A DNA stretch of 64,000 nucleotides from a virus: positions 23,413 through 87,412 of IMG/VR virus record IMGVR_UViG_3300028840_005080; one strand, 5' to 3'. Below, piece after piece: positions 57,354 through 64,000 of the stretch. A program made the position numbers and the translations under genes. Numbering within the stretch: position 1 is the stretch's first letter; each line of letters starts with the position of its first letter. The notes under the pieces are model-generated. The model had not been told where the DNA came from, searched no databases, and saw nothing but the letters and a program-made list of their open reading frames with translations.

Positions 57354-58424
57354 TTATATTGATTCAGGATTTGGGATTTCGTATTCATCAACAGGATTTG
57401 ATTCAAGCAATCCGATCATCTCTTCCATGTTTTTATACAGTAATTTTCCGGCCGCTCTTGTTGGATCATTCGGGATTATTCTTTTCTTTTCCCCGTTGAT
57501 ATTCGCAAACCATGATGATTTCTGATACGAATCCGGATCTGATTTCAATATATCAATTAATTTTATTCTTCTCTCTTCTATTGTCTGATTGATCCCTGTG
57601 TTTATATCGCTCCATTCGCATCTTGTATAAACCAAATCACATCGGCAAATATATCTCGGAGGAGGCCCATAAGTATCAAGCATTTGCTTTTCAGGGATAA
57701 CACCTGCAATTGATGCTTCAAGGCATATCGGTTTTGTTCTTCTGTCTATTGGATTACCGTTCCAACAACATTTCAAATTTTGTTTCTTCGCATCTTCCAT
57801 TACAAACGCAGTTCTTTGCGATACGGCATTTATGATCATTTCGGCTTCTGTCGATTGTCCGAATGAACTACCTATTCGAATCGATCCAAACTGAGTCAAC
57901 AATTGCTCAATTATTTTATCAATTGTTTGTTGTTGCGTTATCCCTCTAAGAAAAACACCATAAGCAAAATCATGCCATTTTTTTATTGTCTGATTTATTC
58001 TTTGAAATGACGCTTTGTTCAAATTTGACAACCTGGCATTCAAATCTTTTGTGATTATCGTTTTGTTTTCTAATCCGAAAAGATTGTTCCTGCTTTTTAT
58101 AAAATTTTTCTCTTGCTTTAGAACATCTCTGACAGTTGAATTAGAAACTTTTGAATATTTTTTTTTGTACGGATTAAACACCTTCTCTTCGGTTTTATTT
58201 AAAAATATGTTTATTTTCGCGATATTTGAATTTTTATTTGCAAGCCTGTTGTCTTTGTCTTTTTCCAAGTCTGACAAAAATTTCATATATTCTGTTGATG
58301 CTTTTTTATCTATTATATTGTTTAATCGATTTATGTCAGCTTGCGAGTCAGAAAGAATTTTATTTGAATCTTTTCTTGATCTTATTGCAAGCGAGTAAAA
58401 TTTTTTGCCGTTTGTGATGGTCAT
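57354..58424 (-). CDS. Minor head protein (SPP1 gp7/Mu F-like)
   Basis: W...DRRTKPIC...G...PPPRYICRC. Confidence 0.75.
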   Translation of the reverse strand: MTITNGKKFYSLAIRSRKDSNKILSDSQADINRLNNIIDKKASTEYMKFLSDLEKDKDNRLANKNSNIAKINIFLNKTEEKVFNPYKKKYSKVSNSTVRDVLKQEKNFIKSRNNLFGLENKTIITKDLNARLSNLNKASFQRINQTIKKWHDFAYGVFLRGITQQQTIDKIIEQLLTQFGSIRIGSSFGQSTEAEMIINAVSQRTAFVMEDAKKQNLKCCWNGNPIDRRTKPICLEASIAGVIPEKQMLDTYGPPPRYICRCDLVYTRCEWSDINTGINQTIEERRIKLIDILKSDPDSYQKSSWFANINGEKKRIIPNDPTRAAGKLLYKNMEEMIGLLESNPVDEYEIPNPESI

Positions 58425-58444
58425 AATTGAAATGTATCCAAAAA

Positions 58445-58460
58445 TGTTTCACGTGAAACA
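58445..58460. promoter_or_regulatory. parS: parS palindrome (B2)
   Basis: Exact TGTTTCACGTGAAACA, intergenic, abutting the stop codon of the lysozyme-like gene. Confidence 0.85.
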
Positions 58461-58997
58461 TTACATACAATATTTTTTATAATTATGGATAAATTCTTCC
58501 GGCTTCCCTTTTCCGAGATATGTATTATAATAATCTTTCCAATATTTTGCCATGCCTTTTACATCTCCGGAATCAGGTAGTTTTTTGGGAATAATCCAAT
58601 ATTTTATTCGAGTCATAATTATTTGATAAACAATGTTTCCTGTCATATGTAATTCGTTCGGGCCGTTTACTTTGCATGTTCTGATTATCTTTGATTCAAG
58701 CATTGGTCGTTTTTTGATAATGCGATCCCATAAATCTTTTTCAGTAATCGGCTCCATTTGAAATATTCCCTTTGCCGGCCCTCCTCCCCTTTGAACCAAT
58801 CCGGCCTGACCAAGATGTGTCTCCTGGGCCGCAGTCCCCATTAACAATTCAACCGCACTATCGGAATATAGATCAATATTTTTAAGTGTGATTTCAATTA
58901 AATTTCTCAAATCATTTTTATTAATCGGCATTTGCTCTAATCCGGCATAAGAATTTGATGATAGAAACAAGAATAAAAATAAAATTATTTTTTTCAT
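58461..58997 (-). CDS. Lysozyme-like endolysin with signal peptide
   Basis: LLMGTAAQETHLG..GPAKGIFQMEP.T..D.W..AKYWKDYYNT; hydrophobic N-terminus ending SYA. Confidence 0.7.
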   Translation of the reverse strand: MKKIILFLFLFLSSNSYAGLEQMPINKNDLRNLIEITLKNIDLYSDSAVELLMGTAAQETHLGQAGLVQRGGGPAKGIFQMEPITEKDLWDRIIKKRPMLESKIIRTCKVNGPNELHMTGNIVYQIIMTRIKYWIIPKKLPDSGDVKGMAKYWKDYYNTYLGKGKPEEFIHNYKKYCM

Positions 58998-59015
58998 AAA
59001 TAGTCGAAAATAGAA

Positions 59016-59222
59016 TCATTGTTTTCCTGATCCTATTTTATTTCCGACTTCGACCCCCAACAATACAAACAAATTACTCAAAACGTCCGAAACTATTGTT
59101 ATAAAATCATCAGATTTAAGTATCGATATGACTGTTATAATCATTATTGCCGTAACAGCGATCATTCTATAATTAATTTTTATCGGACTTTTCATCTTTT
59201 TTCTTTTTCTTGCATAATTCAC
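59016..59222 (-). CDS. Putative holin
   Basis: Two hydrophobic segments; immediately upstream of the lysozyme-like gene. Confidence 0.5.
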   Translation of the reverse strand: MNYARKRKKMKSPIKINYRMIAVTAIMIITVISILKSDDFITIVSDVLSNLFVLLGVEVGNKIGSGKQ

Positions 59223-59269
59223 AATTGCATTTATGATGGTTTTCTGACAATTTCCTTTTATAAATTTTT

Positions 59270-60721
59270 CTATTCGGTATTCTCAGAATCATTTTCTTCA
59301 TCTTCTCCGATCATATCTTCAGTATTTTCAAATTGTTCCATTCCGATTGATTCATTAAATTTTCTGTTTTCAAGCCATTTTGTTTGTGCTTCTTCTCTTG
59401 TCATTTCCGGATTTTCGCGTATCATAATATCTATCGGAGTGATAATGTTGTTTCTTAAATCCGCATCATCTTTCATTATTTGTTCATTCGGCGATAAGGA
59501 TACCGTTTCTTCCGCAAATTTCACATTCGCAATAATATCGTTGAACCCTGGAATATAATTTTTTCCTTGATTAATCAGCGAAATAATCACAGACATTTTG
59601 GCAAGTCTTAGATAACTCGGGCCGTATGTTGTTTTTTTGTCAAAATATTGTGATTCAAGTGGCATTTGGCGGATTTTGAGAGCATAACCTGATTCCGGAC
59701 TTCCGCTATCACCTGTCTGGATTACGGAAGACGGCATTGATGAAATATTCTGCAATTCTGATTTCATCATCATTAAAACATTTTTTACATCGCTGATTTT
59801 GGCATTCGGAGTAATATAGTATGCGTCATCCGGGGATCTCTCATCGTTTGGCAACTGATCGAATTTGATAAAACGTTTTGGTCCGAATTCTGCCTTAAAT
59901 TCCTTGGCAGTTTTAACTACCAACACAGAAAATGATTGCATCTCAACTATTGTGGCAAGAGAAGTCCAAAGATTGTTATAAGATTGATTAATATCCGTAA
60001 CATCTCCGATATTTGTAAGCCCGTAAAATGTGTTGTCGTCTTTCTTCGGCTGGAATAAAACTATTGGAATAAAACCATATGGATTGACGCCCTCATCCGC
60101 ATATAAAAGTTTTTTTGTTCTATCTGAAAATATGTAAACTCCGTAGCTTTCTTCGTCCCAAATTTCCACCCTGTGTCTGAGTCTGTCACCAGCAACAAAT
60201 GAATCAAACGGATATGATATTTCAATCCTCCCTATCTGTTTCCCATCGTTTTCTTTTGGAACAAAATGAAGAAATTCCCCCCGTATATCCTCAAAAGTTA
60301 TATCGCCGGTTTTCGGATTTGTTCTGACTATTATGGCACAAGTGTCAGAAATCTCAGCAATTCTTTGGACCATTTTCATAAACGGAGAAATGTCGTAAAA
60401 CGTCCTGGGGCTTATAATTGCATCCCAAATATCCTGATATGATCTGTCCTCGAATTCGACTTTTACAGGTTTGCCAAAAATTCCTTCGATGTACTTATCA
60501 ACAACAAGGCGAGTATAGTTGAGTTTTATTTTTTCTTTTTCTTTCCACTCATCATCTTCTTCGCCAATATATTGCTTAATCCATTTTTCCTGATTGCCGT
60601 CGTAGAAATCCCAACGCTTTCCTATATGTTCGATTTCCTGTTGGCGTTCGATTGTCAGCAGATTCGCAAACGTTTCGTTAACAATTTCCTCTGCCATATT
60701 TTTGAAGAGCATTTCAACCAT
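59270..60721 (-). CDS. Portal protein (SPP1 gp6-like)
   Basis: DFYDGNQ, LNYTRLVVD, NPYGFIPIV, SGYALK and an acidic tail. Confidence 0.92.
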   Translation of the reverse strand: MVEMLFKNMAEEIVNETFANLLTIERQQEIEHIGKRWDFYDGNQEKWIKQYIGEEDDEWKEKEKIKLNYTRLVVDKYIEGIFGKPVKVEFEDRSYQDIWDAIISPRTFYDISPFMKMVQRIAEISDTCAIIVRTNPKTGDITFEDIRGEFLHFVPKENDGKQIGRIEISYPFDSFVAGDRLRHRVEIWDEESYGVYIFSDRTKKLLYADEGVNPYGFIPIVLFQPKKDDNTFYGLTNIGDVTDINQSYNNLWTSLATIVEMQSFSVLVVKTAKEFKAEFGPKRFIKFDQLPNDERSPDDAYYITPNAKISDVKNVLMMMKSELQNISSMPSSVIQTGDSGSPESGYALKIRQMPLESQYFDKKTTYGPSYLRLAKMSVIISLINQGKNYIPGFNDIIANVKFAEETVSLSPNEQIMKDDADLRNNIITPIDIMIRENPEMTREEAQTKWLENRKFNESIGMEQFENTEDMIGEDEENDSENTE

Positions 60722-60763
60722 AAAAAAATCCTCTGAGAAAGTTTATTTTTCTCAGAGGATTTT
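60722..60763 (-). terminator. 16-bp perfect hairpin/terminator covering the portal RBS
   Basis: AAAATCCTCTGAGAAA-N7-TTTCTCAGAGGATTTT, then T run and ATG. Confidence 0.75.
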
Positions 60764-60787
60764 ATAACAATTTTGAAATTATGTCAA
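60759..60787 (-). promoter_or_regulatory. Sigma70-like promoter overlapping the portal hairpin
   Basis: TTGACA-N17-TAAAAT. Confidence 0.7.
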
Positions 60788-60842
60788 ATTATGGAATCGG
60801 ATGGAGTCTTAAAGTTTTGCGGGTTTGACTCCCTTCTGCAAT

Positions 60843-61238
60843 TCAAATAGCCACATTTAGCCCCAAAATTATTTCAAGAACTTCGATCCTAATCTCATTT
60901 TCAGGACTCGGATCATTTCTCAGATTATCAAGCCACTCCTCGATATCTTGCTTCTTCATCATTACATCTGTTTTCTTTTTTCTTTTTCTTCCCGTTTTAG
61001 TTCTTTCGCCCGATTTCTTTTCTTTTCCCACTTTCTCCAATTCTTCTTTTTGTTTTTCAATGCTTCCTTCAATTGGCACACCGTTTTCATAACAATAGAT
61101 AAAAGCTTTTCTTCTACGATGACTTTCCGTTCTTGATTTCGGATTTAGATGAAAAGGAATTACTCTTTTCAAAAAATCTTGATAATTCATTCGAAACATT
61201 CTTTCATTTCTTTTCCCGTATTTAATCCTCATTTTCAT
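60843..61238 (-). CDS. Basic hypothetical protein
   Basis: ORF with a GGGGG RBS. Confidence 0.55.
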   Translation of the reverse strand: MKMRIKYGKRNERMFRMNYQDFLKRVIPFHLNPKSRTESHRRRKAFIYCYENGVPIEGSIEKQKEELEKVGKEKKSGERTKTGRKRKKKTDVMMKKQDIEEWLDNLRNDPSPENEIRIEVLEIILGLNVAI

Positions 61239-61274
61239 CCCCCTTTTTTAAATTTTTTTTATTCTATCCAATCC

Positions 61275-61688
61275 TCAATCCTCAATAAAAAATTCTCTCA
61301 TTTTTTTAACTATATTTTTTTCAATCTGGCGAATCCGTTCCCTGGATATGCCATAGCGATCACCGATTTCCTGCAAGGTTGTGGGCGAATCGGAATATAT
61401 TCTTGAATCAAATATATCGATTTCCTTTTTTGTCATTTTTCGTCTGAATTCGGCGTTTTTTTCAGGAGTTGCAAGGAGTTTTATTTTATTGATGGTCGTT
61501 TTTACAACCCCGACTTTTTTGTTTTTTTGAATATAGACAATGGCAGATTCGAAATAATCGTATCTCCCAATTTTTTTGCCATTGCCTATATTTTTGGCAT
61601 GCCCGTTTTCAACCAATTTGTTTGTCCAAACATGCCTGATTGTATCAGGCTTTATCCCGACTTTTTCAGATAGTTCAATTATTTTCAT
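61275..61688 (-). CDS. HTH + sigma-70 region 4 domain protein
   Basis: TLQEIGDRYGISRERIRQIEKNIVKKMR is region 4.2 of RpoH/RpoD type; N-terminal IIELSEKVGIKPDTIR HTH; no region 2. Confidence 0.85.
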   Translation of the reverse strand: MKIIELSEKVGIKPDTIRHVWTNKLVENGHAKNIGNGKKIGRYDYFESAIVYIQKNKKVGVVKTTINKIKLLATPEKNAEFRRKMTKKEIDIFDSRIYSDSPTTLQEIGDRYGISRERIRQIEKNIVKKMREFFIED

Positions 61689-61689
61689 T

Positions 61690-62232
61690 TTATTCCTTTA
61701 AGCTCAATTTGATATCATCAATAATATCATTGAAATTTGTGTTTTGTATGTTTTTGATTTTTGGTTTTGGCCTGCATTGATGGTTATTATCATCAAATCT
61801 CCATCCACAATATTTGCATTTCAAATTTGATCCAAATACAATATTTGTATATGGCCAAATTTGTTCGATTGTCCAAAATCCGCCAATAGGAAGCAAGCCA
61901 GCCTCTGAATTTCCATATTTTTCGGTATATTGACAAAAATTATTGCTCGTCATACCGGAATTATAAGATAATTTTATCCATTTGTGTTCAATCTTACAAG
62001 TGGATAAATCATCTATAATCATATTCAAACTATGGGCAACATTTCGGACCGCTTCTTCCAAATTTTCTCGGACAATAACCTTTAATCCCGCTGTTGTTCT
62101 GAATACCAAAGCATATTTTTCGCCGTTTGTAAAAATATGCCCTTTGGCATTCATATATGATTCAAAGACGCTTTTTGTTGTTCCTTCTATTTCTAATTTT
62201 CCAATTCCTATCATTTCAATCATCGTTTCCAT
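61690..62232 (-). CDS. Hypothetical protein
   Basis: GGGAG RBS; CKYCG..HQC. Confidence 0.65.
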   Translation of the reverse strand: METMIEMIGIGKLEIEGTTKSVFESYMNAKGHIFTNGEKYALVFRTTAGLKVIVRENLEEAVRNVAHSLNMIIDDLSTCKIEHKWIKLSYNSGMTSNNFCQYTEKYGNSEAGLLPIGGFWTIEQIWPYTNIVFGSNLKCKYCGWRFDDNNHQCRPKPKIKNIQNTNFNDIIDDIKLSLKE

Positions 62233-62369
62233 TTTCTCCCTTTCGTTATCTTGCTCCTGGATTTCAGAATCCCGACTCGGTTTCCCGGTATGGGTATCCG
62301 GGTTGCCTCCGCTTGTCTCACGGCCAGCTTGCCGGAATCCATATCTACGCCGGGGATTCTGAATTTTAT

Positions 62370-62633
62370 TTAAATGTTCGCGTTACATCCCGGACAAGTC
62401 CGAGATTCCCCGACATCGCATCCGCAAACTCCGCAGGCTTGAGCTACTGAAGAGAGATCGATAAACTCCTCTCCGTTCTCATCAATGCACGCGCCGCATC
62501 CTGGTTCCTGATATCCCGGAGAACCTGGAACTATCCCGGAGTCCCAACAATTTATGCATGATCCGCTCGCTCCGGCAAAGGGCCAGTCGCTAGCCTGCAA
62601 TTCATTCCCGCAATAAGGACATTTGTCTTTCAT
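62370..62633 (-). CDS. Cys-rich zinc-ribbon protein
   Basis: Five CxxC pairs. Confidence 0.7.
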   Translation of the reverse strand: MKDKCPYCGNELQASDWPFAGASGSCINCWDSGIVPGSPGYQEPGCGACIDENGEEFIDLSSVAQACGVCGCDVGESRTCPGCNANI

Positions 62634-63037
62634 TTTTTTTCTCCTTTTTCTTTAAAAAAATGTTGCCCATCCTTTTTTCCCATATATTCAAAATAGCCGC
62701 CGCTCTTTATCGGCCTTCCGTGCAGTGCTCCACGGAGATTTCCGGACGAAACAACAACAGGTTTTATTTTTTCGTCCGGCCTCATCGGTCTCATTCCGAG
62801 GCCGCCTCCGGTAAACGTACACATAGTACCTACCGGCGGCATCGGAATCGTCTGGACATGGGTCGCCCTAAGCATTCCATCGACCCTTTCCATTTTTAAC
62901 ACCCCATCAAATCGATGAGTAAACATACCTTTTTCTCCTTTATTAATTCCTTTTCCTAATAGCATAGAACGATTCCGCAAACACATAAGATTTATCGATT
63001 TGAACATAGGCGACACGATCGTCGCCTTTCTCGTCAA
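62630..63037 (-). CDS. Hypothetical protein
   Basis: Probable start MFTHRF at ~62926 after an AGGAG RBS. Confidence 0.55.
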   Translation of the reverse strand: MTRKATIVSPMFKSINLMCLRNRSMLLGKGINKGEKGMFTHRFDGVLKMERVDGMLRATHVQTIPMPPVGTMCTFTGGGLGMRPMRPDEKIKPVVVSSGNLRGALHGRPIKSGGYFEYMGKKDGQHFFKEKGEKK

Positions 63038-63083
63038 GTTTTCTTCCCATTGGGCTTGGTTGCGTCACAACCAAGCCCGGCTT

Positions 63084-63278
63084 TTATACCAAAATATCAC
63101 ATTCCGAATCAAAAACGATTCTTTCATCCACATAACCATAATTTTCAATCACAACCCCGCCAATATTGGCGCAAACTCTCTCCGCTTCTTCCTGTTCATC
63201 CCATATTTCCGCCTCCGGATACTCATCCGCCCATTGATTGCCGTCGAAAAATTTTTCACCGTATTTTATTATGAACAT
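63084..63278 (-). CDS. Small acidic hypothetical protein
   Basis: ORF in the early gene array. Confidence 0.6.
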   Translation of the reverse strand: MFIIKYGEKFFDGNQWADEYPEAEIWDEQEEAERVCANIGGVVIENYGYVDERIVFDSECDILV

Positions 63279-63306
63279 CTCACGAGTTCCCCTATGTCTT
63301 CGTTGT

Positions 63307-63335
63307 GCCCGCCGAAGCGGGCGGTTTGTGGTTAA
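63307..63335 (-). repeat. Intergenic hairpin repeat, copy 1
   Basis: TTAACCACAAACC-GCCCGC-TTCG-GCGGGC. Confidence 0.85.
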
Positions 63336-63643
63336 ACTGCGATTTCAATGGCAGGATTGATTTCATAGCCTTCTTCTGTATACGGATTTTCAGCCCATCC
63401 GCCGCCATCACAGGATTCATATGTGTACATGTTTGGAGCCACTTCCTCCGGATAATCGACCGAATCATCCGGGGAAAACCCGAAAAATTTTTCAAACGCT
63501 TCGTTCCGATTTTCTGCCTCAACCGTAAACGAATTACGATTTGCGCCTCCGATTTGAGACGCGACATGAGCAAGGCATCGATCTTTATTAATTACTTCCT
63601 GTGTAAAAAACGAGTTCCCATCTTTTGCGAATTCGTATTTCAT
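63332..63643 (-). CDS. Acidic hypothetical protein
   Basis: GGGGAG RBS. Confidence 0.65.
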   Translation of the reverse strand: MKYEFAKDGNSFFTQEVINKDRCLAHVASQIGGANRNSFTVEAENRNEAFEKFFGFSPDDSVDYPEEVAPNMYTYESCDGGGWAENPYTEEGYEINPAIEIAV

Positions 63644-63822
63644 TTTTCTCCCCTTTCGTTGTGTCCATCGGCTATTTCTATTATGATTTCTTCTTCAGGA
63701 TTGTTCATGCTTCTCAGATATGTTCCTGGTTTGTGATTGTATGCGACATGCTCGAAGTCGCATCTTGCCTTTTTCATTTCTTCTCTGGCCTCTTGCGTGT
63801 TTTCTACTATGATTCTTTTCAT
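63640..63822 (-). CDS. Small hypothetical protein
   Basis: ATGA-coupled to the next gene. Confidence 0.55.
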   Translation of the reverse strand: MKRIIVENTQEAREEMKKARCDFEHVAYNHKPGTYLRSMNNPEEEIIIEIADGHNERGEK

Positions 63823-63842
63823 TGCCGTTCCCCATTTCGTTG

Positions 63843-63871
63843 GCCCGCCGGAGCGGGCGGTTTATGGTTAA
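63843..63871 (-). repeat. Intergenic hairpin repeat, copy 2
   Basis: TTAACCATAAACC-GCCCGC-TCCG-GCGGGC. Confidence 0.85.
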
Positions 63872-64000
63872 ATCAATCCTAATCCCAATTGCTGCTATGA
63901 CCTTCTCCCCCAAAGCAGCTTTTGGTGGAATATTCATCCCAGCCCCTTCTGCGCCTTTGTCTTCTTGCCATTTTTTTCCAAATGTTCTTGCTGAACTTAA

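Noticed and set aside
60800-60842. GGGTTTGACTCCC as a tRNA T-arm
   Set aside because: No acceptor, D or anticodon arms can be built around it.
14-63882. Plus-strand ORFs (e.g. 54784-55791, 39259-39960, 10969-11541)
   Set aside because: Antisense shadows of well-supported minus-strand genes, with no recognisable motifs.
1-64000. Genome-wide stop-codon reassignment
   Set aside because: Long core genes are intact under code 11, and TAA, TAG and TGA all terminate genes.

Overview
This window is a 64-kb segment of an AT-rich dsDNA tailed phage, probably a siphovirus with a genome larger than the window. Essentially all real genes are on the minus strand, and the plus-strand ORFs are shadows. Reading in transcription order (right to left): (1) small GC-richer early genes and a sigma-region-4 protein; (2) portal, holin and lysozyme-like protein, minor head, scaffold and major capsid; (3) a ~13-kb cluster of glycosyltransferases, methyltransferases, a kinase-methyltransferase, a ParB/MTase/radical-SAM cassette and ThyA; (4) head-tail, tail, tape-measure and baseplate genes; (5) a nearly complete replication/recombination module (SNF2 helicase, primase, initiator, RNA ligase, DnaB-like helicase, beta clamp, DnaE fused to a family-4 UDG, clamp loader, UvsY/SSB/RecA-like proteins, 5'-3' nuclease, Endo VII). 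No terminase, integrase, tRNA or CRISPR array is visible. The best discoveries are not in the ORF track: an unannotated 48-codon gene with UGA at an expected Cys followed by a bacterial SECIS-like hairpin (candidate phage selenoprotein); four perfect chromosomal-type parS palindromes arranged as two matched pairs; and a four-copy non-canonical promoter class. Family assignments come from motif recognition only; no database searches were run.
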